NCBI RefSeq assembly: GCF_006345805.1
Contig: NC_043012.1
Span: 58,404,001 to 58,468,000 of the forward strand
DNA from: Octopus sinensis
Lineage: Eukaryota
Length of the DNA stretch: 64,000 nt
Direction of reading: 5' to 3'
The notes under the pieces are model-generated. The model did no database searches and was not told the origin of the DNA. It saw nothing but the letters and a program-made list of their open reading frames with translations. Position 1 is the stretch's first letter; every line of letters begins with the position of its first letter. Of the stretch, positions 13,260 through 26,570 are shown in pieces. A program made the translations under genes and the position numbers.

Positions 13260-13860
13260 GCGAATGGTTATCCTTTTCGTTAAGCACAAAAGATCTACGT
13301 TACAAGGAGAGATCAAAGAGAAGTTGTATCGTGTATGCCTTTCTCAATAGCATCAGTGAAATAAATAAAGACTAATGTCTTCAAACGAGAGCTGAAATTT
13401 GCATCATAAACTACATATCAGAGGAATGGCGGTATATTTGATTTTCTTTGATTATTTAAAAATTCTATATTATTGAACAAGTTGTTCATTATTTAAAAAA
13501 AAATGGTGGAAAAATATATGAAGTTGGAAGCTAGGTGTAGACTGTATAAGAAATATATGGTAATTTCGTATTGTTGCAAACTTAAATGAAGGTAAAAATG
13601 ACCTAGAATTTATGTAGCACAGAGGTAAATTTGTGCAAAGAGAAAAATTGCGGTATTTTTGCGTGAAGTTGATCGTAAATTTAATACCCTTGTTATGTTA
13701 GAATTAGAAAACATTGTGGTCACTGGAAAACTGGTATGACTTGGTAACAAGTACCATGCTATGGTTAGGTTTCTTAAGTGCACCATAGATGTCGTCAAAC
13801 TTGGATCAGTGGGATGTTGTGAATGTGATAGCTAAAAGCAAAAAGATATGCACCAGTATT
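13260..13860 (+). mobile_element. Possible highly decayed RTE-like LINE 3' fragment
   Basis: Weak peptide resemblance (LSTKDLR..., VQREKLRY..., KTLW..LV...MSSNLDQWDVV) to RTE RT C-termini, with many stops. Confidence 0.3.
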
Positions 13861-13994
13861 TGGCTGAAATTCATTTTCAACTCAGTATATGACAATGTTC
13901 TTGTAAACATACACGCACACACACACACACACGCATATATATATATATACCTATATATGTCACACACTCCCATACATATATATATATGTATGTG

Positions 13995-14062
<68 letters not shown>

Positions 14063-14261
14063 GCAACTGTATTCAAACTAATTATACATCCAACATATGT
14101 TTCGAAAAAGTATTGAGATTAATCCGGAGGGAATAAAAGGATGTAAAGCAATGCAATTACCTCGTCAGGTAAAAAGGAACAAACATATCAATAAACCATT
14201 TTAACCGAATATGACTACCGCGTACATAAATATAGGTTGTATGGAGAACGTTAGCAAGTTT

Positions 14262-14397
14262 CTCCCCGTAACTTAGCGGTTCTGCAAAAGAGACCGATAG
14301 AACAAGTACTATGGTCGATTTGTGGTCGATTTGCTCGAAGGAAGGCGATGCTCCAACATGGCCGCATTCAAATGGCTGAAACAATAAATGAGTAAGT
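14262..14397 (+). mobile_element. SINE family 1, 3' tail
   Basis: tccccgtaacttagcggttctgcaaaagagaccgatagaa...caaatggctgaaacaa. Confidence 0.8.
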
Positions 14398-15057
14398 TAT
14401 TTTTTTTTTAAACCGTTGAGAGATTAATGTCAAAGGTAAATTAGGGAAAGAGAAGGAGAAGAAAGAAAGTAACAGAAAATTAAAAGTGGAAAAATCTAAT
14501 GTGATAGGTGAATGTGAATAAAGTTTAAAGGTGTGGATATATATGCAATGGAAATGAAATGTAAGAAGACAGTTAAAGGTCGAATTTTATAGATTGGTAG
14601 AAATTATTATAGGAACTAAAGGTAGACTTTTGCCTATGTTTACAACGATACCCGCGTTCTTTAAAGGTACTTACAAGTGTATTCTTCGAGAAAAGAATGA
14701 AAATAGCTCCTGCTTACAGAGCGGACGAAAAGATTTAACTTTATCATATGGAAAGGATCTAGATAGAATTTTCCATTCCAAAAGGTATTGTTTATTATGT
14801 TCCGCCTTATCAAATGGAATAATCAATTAAATTGTTTTACAAGAACACACCTTATTATTTGAGTAATCATCTTTAAAAGTCATCCACTTATTTCCATTAC
14901 GTATAAAAGGAATAAAAGAACGGTTATTTTTATTATTCGAATTAAAATTTATCTTGTTATTACCGTTGTAATGTGTTTTAATGTCCTGATTAATAGAGGC
15001 AGAATTAATGTCAATAGGGTTATACACACATACATATATACATAAAAACATACATAC

Positions 15058-15102
<45 letters not shown>

Positions 15103-15216
15103 TGTGAGTGTGTATGTATATATATGTATAGATATATATATAGATAAACATATATAGACACACACATATATATATGCATATATATGCACACATATATATA
15201 CCTATATATACACATA

Positions 15217-15342
15217 TGGCCTACTCGCTTAGCCAGCGGGGTGGCGTCATTTGAAGGCTAAAACAATGCGAACGAATTGTGACCAGCGACGTGTAACAAC
15301 ATCTGATGATCTGGTCGGTCACGTGATGGTGATGGTGATGAT
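15217..15342 (+). mobile_element. SINE family 2b, 3' tail
   Basis: tggcctactcgcttagccagcggggtggcgtcatttgaaggctaaaacaatgcg...ggtcggtcacgtgat, the same tail as 44233-44446 and 49731-50029. Confidence 0.8.
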
Positions 15343-15883
15343 ATACACATATATATACAAACACATTCACACACACACACACATATGTATATATATATAT
15401 ATATTCATCTGAGACCCTTGAGAGTAAGAGCTCTGACCCAGTTTTTTTATTATACTGGCAGCCACCCGATATGTGTATCCACTTTTTTTATACTATCTTA
15501 TGTACATGTGGTTATATGTGAGGAAATATCTATAGCTTTGTGTATATGTGTGTGTAGGTATGTAAGTATGTATATTTACATAAAAAATATTGGGATATAA
15601 GTTTGTATGGATGTGCACCCTCTTATGTGTGTATGAGTGTACTTATGTGTACTTATATATATGTATGTGTGAGTATATGTATGTGTGTATATGTATATAT
15701 ATATATATATAATTATTATTTGAGGGAATAAAATCCAAACTTACAAGGAAAAAAATTCAATTTAGAAATATAAATCAAATTTCACACAATATAATATATA
15801 TATAAAAAATTAGAAGCATTTTCTAGATGGTGTAATTTAATTGTTCATTTTGAATTGATAAAAGGTGGTTTTATTTTCTAATT

Positions 15884-15941
<58 letters not shown>

Positions 15942-16639
15942 ATAATATATATATATAATATATATATATATATGGGTGTATGAGTTTGTGTATATATATT
16001 TGTTTGTGTGTTTATATGTATGTGTACCTACCGATATTTATGTATATGTATACACATGAAGACATGTGTATGTATTTGAAAGTGTGTGTGTGTGTGGATG
16101 TGTATTTATGTATATTTATGCGGACGTGTGCATGTGTGTGTTTATACATATTTGACTAAATAAGGACACACCATACCAACTGTGAAAAGTGAATAAAATG
16201 ACCTCAAATCAAAAGATTCACAAAGGCCATCTTTTGACAAGAATCCTGAAAATATTCCATTTCTTCATTCCTGATAGACTAATCTCACCTCACTACCATT
16301 TTCAACTACATTTTATCTTCTTATATTCCATATTTTACTTTTACGTTTTCTCAGTTTTCTTTATTCTCTTTTTTCCACACATGCTGTTGTATATACTTTT
16401 TGTATTCTTATAATATTTTTATTCTAGTTTTTATAATCTTTATTTCCAATTTAAAAATTTTGTTTTCCTCTTCTGTGTATTTTCTAAATTTTTATTCGTA
16501 TATGTATGAGAAAAATCTTTTGCTATATAGACAACATTCTAAACCACAGAATTTCAGTTTCAAAGCGGCTATCGAGAGCTCGAAACTCAAAAATTATCCC
16601 CAAAAAAGCCATCTCTATTCATTTTTTCAAATATATATA

Positions 16640-16859
16640 TATAATCAAAATAAGCAACAAGAATAACTTTGGTAATTTGGTACGATCGTTTCGCACTACA
16701 TCATTTTATTAAATGTTGTAAGCATTACAACAGTTTTAAAATGCTGAGCACTCATCATTTTAAAACTCTTGTAATGTTTACAACATCTAATAAAATGATG
16801 TAGTGCGAAACGATCGTACCAAATTACCAAAGTTATTCTTGTTGCTTATTTTGATTATA
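16640..16859. repeat. 220-bp near-perfect palindrome (foldback) containing the 3' half of a hammerhead motif
   Basis: 109-bp arms with a 2-nt loop (16749-16750) and 4 mismatches by hand count. The right arm contains gtgc-GAAAC-GATC-GTA (16807-16818). Confidence 0.9.
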
Positions 16860-16929
16860 ATCACCCCATGGATTTATATGGATAACACCATTCAAAATTC
16901 TGATGCATCTAACTTAAGTACCATATTCA

Positions 16930-16933
16930 TTTG

Positions 16934-16974
<41 letters not shown>

Positions 16975-17362
16975 ATATATATATATATATATATAGATGT
17001 GTACGTAAAAATATATATATGTATTCATACATATGTTTATAAATGTATATGTGTGTGTGTAAAGATATATATATATATATATGTATGCATATATAGATAT
17101 ATTCTTATATATATATATATATATATATACGTATATATAAATATATGCATATATATGCATACACATATATTTGTGTATGTGTGTGCGTACATATATATAT
17201 ATATAGATAGATACATATATACATACATACATGCATACATACATCATACATACTTACATACATACATACATACATGCATACATATAAGCAAACACATATA
17301 TATGAGGTTCAGATGAGGGCAGCAGAAACAAACTCTATATGTATACATATAGATATATATTT

Positions 17363-17402
<40 letters not shown>

Positions 17403-17650
17403 ATATATGCATGCATATGTATATATATATACATATATATGTATATATATACATGTATATATATATGTACATATATATGTGTGTATATATATGTATATAT
17501 TATATGTATATATATATTCAGATATACATATGTATATTTGTATATTTTTATACATATATATTTTTAAAAATATACGTACATGCTTAGATATACATGTATA
17601 TATATATATAATATATATATATAATATTATATATATATATGAATATATAC
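16930..17650. repeat. (CT)n plus degenerate (TA)n/(TACA)n tract
   Basis: Direct reading. Confidence 0.9.
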
Positions 17651-17699
17651 GTATAATTTCGATAACTTGATGTAATTTTCTATTAAAGAGAGCTGAAGT

Positions 17700-18170
17700 G
17701 GTTGAGGTAAAATTGTTGTGACGTAATGTTGCTATATGTCATGTGTTCGATATTTTGGTGGGCGGATTACACGGAGGCCACATTTTGGAGGGATTTTAAA
17801 ATTGATGCCAACATTATGTGTGCAATATTGATGGGAGATTTTCCCACATCACACATTCCGGCAGCGTACGTGAGAGAGAGTAGTTATTGCGTTATTTTTT
17901 TAGTCGACCGCAATTGTCAATGCCTCTATGTTTCTATCTTTCTGGCGTCTATCTTTCTTGTTATTGACCTCGGGGGTGCTTCCACTTTCATAATGAGCTG
18001 CTTCGGATGGGGAGACCGCAGTGGGCAACAGTATTCAAGGTGGGTAATATATAAATTTTCTAATATACTAATAGGACCCGTGTAAATTCCACGGAGTCGA
18101 AAAACGTAAGGTGACCTATTTAATAAAGAAAGGATAATATGCATTTTCGAAGCATTCATTGTTTAGCTTT
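17700..18170 (-). mobile_element. Decayed CR1/L2-like LINE RT C-terminal fragment
   Basis: Minus frame ...ILENLYITHLEYCCPLRSPHPKQLIMKVEAPPRSITRKI resembles LY.SLV.PHLEYCC.LW.P...K.I..LE..QR..TR.I. Confidence 0.75.
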
Positions 18171-18790
18171 CTTAAATAATCTTGACATTCGTCTACATTA
18201 ATTTTCTTCATCTTCGTCAGTGTTGTCTTACTCCTCTTTTTAGTAAATCTATTCTCTGTCCCTCTCTGATATGTTCTCTATATACGCGCATCCTTTCTTG
18301 CTGTTATGTTTCCTGTGTGAATCCAGATTTTAGGCTAAATTAAGACTTCTAAACAAATATTAATTTTTTAAGTGAGCCGTCGATAAATATTTACACTTAT
18401 GCGTATGCGATGGTCACTATAAATAAATATTGATTCAATAAAAAAAAATATTTTTCAATATTAACACATCATCCCTACTATCATCCCCTCTCTCTTTCTC
18501 TCTCTCTTTCCATCTCTCTCTCTCTTTCCATCTCTCTCTCTCTCTCTTCCATCTCCCTCTCTCTCTCAATATAACTGCATCCCCTGCCCCTCTCTTTCGA
18601 TCTACCTTCCTCTTCAGCTGACTTTTTAATCATAACCATGTTTTACATATTCCTCCCCCAACCCACCGTCGTCGTTAACACTTCTCACTACCACTTTTCC
18701 TTTCTCAGTCTTACTCCACTTCTTACTCATTCCATCTCTACTTCTCCAACTAACTAATGTATAACGAGGAAACGAAAGAGCAGATTATAT

Positions 18791-18837
<47 letters not shown>

Positions 18838-18991
18838 CATGAAGATAGATAGATAGAAGGTAGATATATGTCTGTGTATTTGTTTTCTCAGATTTCTAAT
18901 GTAAAATTATCTGTTGAAACAAACATTGTTATATTTCGGGATGGTCATTTTTGTTCTTGCCAAGACAAGAGAACAACTCGAACTATAACTA

Positions 18992-19055
<64 letters not shown>

Positions 19056-19150
19056 TGGATATATTATATTGCAGTATATTGGATAACTGATATACCATAG
19101 TGGGTTACCCTCATAACCCCTATCTTACTTTGTACTATATATAATATATA

Positions 19151-19555
19151 TACTCTTTACTGTTACTTTTCTCCTTGTTTCAGTCCTTTGACTGTGACCA
19201 TGCTGAAGCACCGTCTTTAGTCGAGCAAATCGACCCCAGGACTTATTCTTTGTAAGCCTAGTACTTATTCTATTGGTCTCTTTTGCCAAACCGCTAAGTT
19301 ACGGGGACGTAAACACACCAGCATCGATTGTCAAGCGACGTTGGGGGACAAACACAAACACACAAACATATTAAGACACACAAACATATATATACATATA
19401 TACAACGGGCTTCTTTCAGTTTCCGTCTACGAAATCCACCCACAAGGCTTTGGTCGGCCTAGTAGAAGGCACTTGCCTAAGGGGCCACGCAGTGTGACTG
19501 AACCTGGAAGCATATGGTTGGCAAGGAAGCTACTTACCACACAGCCACTCCCACA

Positions 19556-19557
<2 letters not shown>
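19151..19557 (-). mobile_element. SINE family 1, full length
   Basis: Colinear with 28389-28783 and 30039-30455. Confidence 0.9.
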
Positions 19558-19602
<45 letters not shown>

Positions 19603-20365
19603 GACTAGAACAGATGTATGTGTATATGTATACCAGTTGTTATTTTAATGATTCTTGATAAACTCAGTTAAATGAACTTCTACTTCTATATTCATCATTT
19701 ATTGACCGTGTATATATTTTAGAAAACTACACCATTACTGCACTTGTACGAAGTTCGCGTGTTCGACTGTTACGCTTGAGACAATCACCACTAGTTATTT
19801 ATCTGAAATCGACTTCATAATCGAATTTACTTCCACAACGAATGAAGTTCGGGTGTTATGCTTTAAACAGCCTTAACTATGGACAGGAACCTCAGAGCTG
19901 ATGAAAATCTTTTAAAACAATGAAACAATTGTATGATGTTTTATAAGTTTATACATCAAAACTGGAATAAGATAATCTATAAAGCTTAGAATTTTCTCGG
20001 GTTCATAATACGTAGATCGAGTTGATAAATAAAGAATTCAAGGAAGAGACAAAATCGGTGGGGGATCAAAATGAAATAGTTGTTACTATTTAATTATGCC
20101 TCGTGAATTTCATACTTAAAGCCCCTACCGTCTTGGGCTTTCGGTTTTTATCACACTGAAGTCAACACATTGAAAATCATATTCATACATGGTAATCATT
20201 TGAAAGGCATATATGCTGCCAACGTTTTATTAAGATTAGGGACAACAAATACTACAATCTGTTGTAATATGACTCATGATAAAATTATTAAAAGATTATT
20301 TCTATTCATTTTTAAAAGAACATATTTGTATTAATATTTTAAAAATGATCCTTGAGGACTTTTAA

Positions 20366-20548
20366 TTAAAAGTGCATATAGTCTCTATAATTTGCTGAAG
20401 GCGAATTTATATTAAGTACAGAAGTCAGGTTACTGGCCCCTGGCATTTTGGAAATAATAGTGTTGTTGGTTATAGCTTTCGAACCGTCATAGAAATGGCG
20501 CACTGCCTTTGTTACTTCGTCATTGAGAAGAGGGTTTATTTCTGATAA
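20366..20548 (-). other. Candidate exon or transposon-derived coding fragment (60 codons)
   Basis: Acceptor-like ttatttcattgtag followed by the open frame LSEINPLLNDEVTKAVRHFYDGSKAITNNTIISKMPGASN...; no homolog recognised. Confidence 0.2.
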
Positions 20549-20752
20549 CTACAATGAAATAAATATCACAAGGTATCCTCGTTCGGAAACAGCGATTTAT
20601 CAATATTCACTCTTTTCAAATATTTGACTGATATACATTAGCAAAGAAATGTGTGTGATATGTGTGTTTGTATGTGTACGTATGTATGTATGTATGTATG
20701 TGTGTATACATATATTTATATGCATATACATACATACATACATGTATGTATG

Positions 20753-20794
<42 letters not shown>

Positions 20795-20832
20795 GAAGTC
20801 TGTGTAGATATTAGAACATTAATAGATAGAAG

Positions 20833-20884
20833 GTCTAAAAGCTGTTTCCAGGATATTTATTAATTATATCCCTTCATCAGAGAC
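20833..20884 (-). ncRNA. Minimal type-I hammerhead ribozyme motif in a Penelope pLTR-like segment
   Basis: Reverse complement: gtct-CTGATGA-agggatat(aattaataa)atatcctg-GAA-acagcttt-t-agac. Stem I is gtct/agac and the core is intact; stem III is a mutated ACAGCTGT palindrome. Lies downstream of the Penelope RT remnant on the same strand. Confidence 0.7.
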
Positions 20885-21489
20885 GGTGTGAGAGGGTGGT
20901 TAAATAATAGTTAGTTTACATAGGATAGAAAATAGAGAGTGAGGTGGAGGCCAGAAAATAGAGGTAAGATAGGTAGGGAATTTGAAGTTGTAGATCCATT
21001 TTGGGGGCAGAATGGTATATATGTAAGATTGCAATATCTTATGAGTAAAATCCAACAGAATTTAAAATGGATCCTTCCAAATATAGAGTTAATACACAAT
21101 GTACGATTCCAATACCTTATGAATGGTACCTCAAATTTTGAGGGATGTTCCTTTCGATGGCTTTAAGAAACTTTCAATTTGTTTACCATATGGAATAACA
21201 AGCTAATTAGCTTTAATAGAGCTATGCTATCTATGGGAAAATTTCTCACTAAAATATCTGGTGTTGTTTTTATTTCTACTGAAATGTAAGTGTAGAAGAA
21301 TAGTTAACCCCCCCACACATACACACTCACCTTAGACTGTTTATTCTGACTATGATTTTAAAGCTACTATGATTTTTTAATATTTCGATACAAGAAATTA
21401 TTGCTTGAACTACTACCTTTGAAAGATACATTATTATTAGTAGTAGTAGCATAAATACTATCAGCATAATTATTAGAGGTTAAACTAGG

Positions 21490-22104
21490 ATCAAGAAGGT
21501 TGTAATATTTAATTTGCTCCTTATACCCTGCTTTTGACAAAAATAGACAATAGAAATCTGCAATGTTATCAAAAATGTTTACATTAGCTGATAAATAAGA
21601 GAGTCTAAGCGATATGTTTTTAATTAGAATTTTTGTTATATTTTCAGGATGGTTACTACAACTCTGATATACCTTATATTGGTTGAAAGTTTATGGTAAG
21701 GGTAATACAAAACAGTGCTTAAGTTGAGTGTAAGGGTCAGGAATTTAACTTTTTTCTATCATCATCAAAAGTAATACTAAACCCATATTATTGAAGAATT
21801 TAACTAGATTATCTTTAGCATTTTGTAGTTTTTTCTTGGAGATATTTTGGAGGTAAAGGAGCCCATCGTCGCAATATTATCCATCGAAGACATAAGAAAA
21901 TTGATCAGCCATTTCGGATAGAATATAAATACCGACCAGATCAGAGACCTGGGCAGAACAGGCTGCTCCCATTGTTATATCGAAGCAATCAGGTTTATCT
22001 TTTAGTACCCAAAATTTATTACCAAATTTAATCATAGATTTTCTAGTCACTAAAACTACATCAATTTCGTCTCTAATTTTCACTCTATTATTTTCAATCC
22101 GCAC
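21490..22104 (-). pseudogene. Penelope-like retroelement reverse transcriptase remnant
   Basis: WVLKDKPDCFDITMGAACSAQVSDLVGIYIL...G*YCDDGL (cf. FDVTMG..GAEV.ELVGLY.L...GLYRDDGL), then VKFL.LTLNL..., SNHPENI, KAGYKEQIKY thumb motifs across frameshifts. Confidence 0.9.
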
Positions 22105-22489
22105 ATACCATTCTTTCCTTTATCGTTTCTATCCATTTTTCATTCTCTTTTCTATTTACTCGGGCCTCTATTTCTTATTTAATTTTCCGTCTTTCTTCTT
22201 TCTCTTCCTCTACTCTATTAATGACGCCAAATCTTTTAACAGTATTTTAAAAATTACTAGCGTTCTCTATCCGCCTTTTATTTATATATATATTATATAT
22301 TATAATCTCTTACATTTGTAAACATGGCTTATTAATGCGCACTGTTATTTATAACCTCCACCTTGATGAAATTGTTACATTACTCCATCTTACTTTTCCT
22401 CCCAGATTAATATTAATGTATCCATTGAAATATACTTCGGTGATATAAATGCTTTAAATGACATCTTGTGCGTGTCTCCATTCTCCATT

Positions 22490-22511
22490 TCTCTCTCACA
22501 CACATATACGC

Positions 22512-22561
<50 letters not shown>

Positions 22562-22870
22562 AATATATAAATATATATAATATAGATATCTAATATAATA
22601 ATATATATTAATATATATATATATATATATGCGTATGTGTGTGCTGTGTGTGTGAGAGACAGAGAGAGAGAGAAATGGAGAAGGGAGACAAATGCATATA
22701 TATTAAATATGGAGATAAATTGAGACATAGACATATATATATATATATCTATATTATATAATAATATATATAATATAAGTGAATATATATATAAATATAT
22801 ATTAGATATATATGTTATATATATTAATATATATATATATACATGAAGTGAATATATATATACATACATA
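22490..22870. repeat. Degenerate (TA)n tract
   Basis: Direct reading. Confidence 0.85.
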
Positions 22871-23632
22871 CACACCTATATTGCAATTTGATTTAAGTTC
22901 TTTAGGTCCGGGCGAAACATAAACTATATCTTGCTCTATTACAATTTGCGATGAAGCAAAAGTGTCGTAGATGAAAGTGCCTGTCGCACTTCAATTTGTA
23001 GCATTTAGTAAATACTGCTAAGCTTCTCATTGCCTTGTCTGTTAACCAACAACATTCTTTCTTGCTCTCTTTTTCTCTCTCACTCAATAGATACAGTTTC
23101 CTACTTGTCTTGATTAATGCCTGAGGCAACACATGATTTAGCATCTCACGTCCATTTACTGTTCTTTTTGCTATATTTCGCTGCATACTATTGTAGCTTC
23201 AGTAGTGTCATTGACACCACTACAAAGGCTAAGAATCTAGCGAATCTACTGTCATTGCGATAGTGATGTGCTTTTCAGCAGTGAGACAAGACGTTGACAT
23301 CTAATTTTCCGTCTTGCTTTATCGTATTTGCCATTGTCATTCCGGCATCTTCTTTTATTATATCTTTCAGCTGCATGTACTGTCTAAATGTTGATCAGAT
23401 TATAACAAGCGGTAAAAACAATATTACGCAAATACTCAAATACTTTACTCTTTAACAAACTGTGATGGATTTTACAGTCATGACAGGTAGATTGGATAAA
23501 AATTTCACTGAATGGCGTTCTACAGTTTCCCATGAAATAAATAAGAAGGTGAATTACTGAAATATGGATAAGTGATCTATTCTGTATGTGGTGTCTGTGT
23601 ATGTAAATATGTATATGTATGCATGAAAATAG

Positions 23633-23929
23633 TGGAAGCACATGGCCTAGTGGTTAGAGCAGCAGTCTCGTGGTCGTGGGATCGCAGGTTCGAATCTCAG
23701 ACCGGGTGATGTGTGTATTTATGAGCGAAACACCTAAGCTCCGCGCGGCTCCAGCAGAAGGTAATGACGAACTTCTGCTGACTCTTTCGCCACAACTTTT
23801 TCTCACTCTTTCCTCCTGCATCTTGCAGCTCACCTGCGATGGACCGGCGTCCAGGTGGGGAACCTATACGCCAAGGAAACCTAGAAACCGGCCGTTATGA
23901 GCCAAACGTGGCTCGAGAAGGAACAAACA
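23633..23929 (+). mobile_element. SINE family 2a (tRNA-like head, distinct tail)
   Basis: Head tggcctagtggttagagcagc...ggttcgaatctc (A/B boxes), central gagcgaaacacctaagctcc...ctctttcgccacaactt shared with family 2b, and a different 3' tail ending gaaggaacaaac. Confidence 0.85.
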
Positions 23930-24138
23930 TGTTTGAAAATATATATGGGTCTCATCAATACGTATATGGACTGTGACGGCAGTAACAATGCTAAAGCACG
24001 CAGAGTAAAGCCGCTTGGTACAGTTTCACCTTGAACCCTTTTGTGCATACACACTAAGTTATAACGTTCTACCTCATTTCTGTTGATTACAGCAGTGCTT
24101 GGAAGGAACGTGTGTGGCGTGTGATCGTCTCATTGAGC

Positions 24139-24212
24139 ATGACAGAGAAAGTTGAGCAGAGAATCGGCATCAAATTTTGCCAAAAACTAGGCGATACTGC
24201 TCAGATGCCCAC
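24139..24212 (+). mobile_element. Mariner transposase N-terminal fragment
   Basis: MTEKVEQRIGIKFCQKLGDT. Confidence 0.75.
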
Positions 24213-24217
24213 GCAAA

Positions 24218-24644
24218 TTTTAAACAAGTTTCCATCGTTCCCGACACAATCAGGGAAATCTTGTGCAACTGAAACCCGTGTGTCATTTTGGTCAGCTTCA
24301 AAGCAGTTTTAACACGAACTTGGCAGACACACGTCTCATACCCAAGTCTTCAGTGATGATGGACTGAAATAAACCGTAACTAATCTGTACATCCTCTGAT
24401 AACTCACGGATGGTGATTCCAGGATTTATCTTCACAGCTGCACACACATCGGCGATGTTGATCTCAGTTCTGCAGGTTGTGTTCTCCCAGAACGTTCGTC
24501 AATATCGATATTTTTTTCACCCGCCTTGGAATTGTCTGAACTATTCGTACACTTGTGTGCAGCTCATACTCTCCTCTCCATACAGTTTCTGCAACTCTGA
24601 GTAGGCTTCTGAGCAGGTATCACCATGGCAACTTTCTCTGTCAT
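24218..24644 (-). mobile_element. Decayed mariner transposase N-terminal (HTH) region
   Basis: MTEKV..GDTCSEAYSELQKLYGEESMS...DERSGR...ITIRELSEDVQISYG..QSIITEDLGMRRVSAKFV. Confidence 0.85.
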
Positions 24645-25539
24645 GTTCTTGAAACCGAGAATTTGAACTTACGTAGACAATATTTACATATCGCCTGAGT
24701 AAACGCAACTAGATCCGTTGCATAATAAAATACCCGGAGAAGCAGTTGTAGTGATTGAAAATGAATGTCCAACAGTACGCCTTCTTATTGACTCTATATA
24801 TTTTTTCAATTATCTATTCTCACACGACAGATGCCCAACCGCAAACCTGGAAGTACGTATAATACTACTACTGGATATCTAAGCTTCATTCTGTACTCTA
24901 CATTCTTAACAGAATATACCATAACTATACATATATACGTCGAAGGATTCTTCACAGTTTCCGCCAGTCATTTTTTTATCAAAAGATTTGGACGAAGCCA
25001 GTATTTCCTAATCCTACTCGTAATAATACCACATAAACAAGTACAAAGCAAAGTTAATCTGAGCAGCACTTGAACTCAGCTCATAGAGGTACGTAACTAA
25101 ATTTCCAAAGCTCTAACCATTCTTTCAAAGCACCATTCTTACGAAGATCCAGCATTGCTACCAGCACGATTTCCGTGTATTGATAATCGCAAGAAGGGTT
25201 TCTTGTTATGCTGTGATTTTCTATTTGATATTTTGCCAAAAGATGCCTTTTGTAACAGTTATTGGATGCTGTGGATGGTTCTAAAATGAATCCATAAAAT
25301 AATGAGTTATGCAACATGCCATACTATGCCAAAATACAAAATTTCCATGGCTGCAAAAGAAACAGCAAAAATGCACACGGATTTGGTTCCAAATTACCGA
25401 CTCAAACACAAACATGCATATACATGTGTGTTAGTGTGTATGTGCGTGTATGTATGACCCTATGGATATGTGTATGCGTGTCTAAAAAAATTACATACAA
25501 TTAGCTCTAATTTTTGCATTGATCTCTTCTAAAGGTATA

Positions 25540-25608
25540 TACACACAAACACACATACATACATATATTATAATTTACATATATATATGTATACATATGT
25601 ATATATTT

Positions 25609-25693
<85 letters not shown>

Positions 25694-26005
25694 GTATATA
25701 TATATGTATATATATATAATATGTGTGTATATATGTATATATATATATATGTGTGTATATATATATATATATATGTATCTATTTATCTATTATTCCTATC
25801 TCTCTCCTCTCTCCTCTCTCTCTCTCTCTATATATATATATATGTATATATACATATATGAAATGGATAAATAAATAGATTAATAGATACAAAGAGAACT
25901 GTGTGTGTATGTTGTGTATGTCTATATGAGGGTACGAGTATGTGTATGCGTGTCTTACATATTACACGGGATTCCCTCTAACTTTTGCATTGAACTCTCC
26001 AGATG

Positions 26006-26036
<31 letters not shown>

Positions 26037-26066
26037 CGTGTGTGTGTGTGTGTGTGTACATACAGT

Positions 26067-26105
<39 letters not shown>

Positions 26106-26325
26106 TGAGAGAGAGAGAGAGAGAGAGACAAAAAGGCATACATACTGACACCCGCATATACCCACAGTGAAGAGTACTTATATCTATATGTACATATATA
26201 CATGATTTTATACTTGATAAATCATACGCCATAGTTCAACAATTCTGAGAAAGCGCGTTATCGAAGCAACAGACATACATATACATTGACACATACATAA
26301 ATACGTACATTAATACATACATACA

Positions 26326-26377
<52 letters not shown>

Positions 26378-26570
26378 ATATATATATATGTGCACACATA
26401 CACACATGTGACTATTTATGTATAAACATAGATAAATGAATATATATATATGGATATTCATTATGCATATACATATATATATATATGTTGCATGTTTCTA
26501 CGTATGTGTATACATGTATATATATATATTATATATATATATATATAGATATATATATATATATATATAT
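25540..26570. repeat. Compound TA/TG/GA microsatellite tract
   Basis: Direct reading. Confidence 0.85.

Noticed and set aside
23633-23710. tRNA-like sequence
   Set aside because: It continues into a SINE body and has no proper acceptor stem; it is a SINE head, as are the other tRNA-like segments.
25081-25317. VAMLDLRKNGALKEWLELW resembles the end of an ionotropic glutamate receptor S2 domain
   Set aside because: The adjacent conserved GYG/GSP motifs are absent and there is no convincing splice structure; likely chance.
25447-26010. Diverged ~90-bp direct repeat (25447-25545 and 25938-26010)
   Set aside because: An old local duplication in microsatellite-rich DNA with no further structure.
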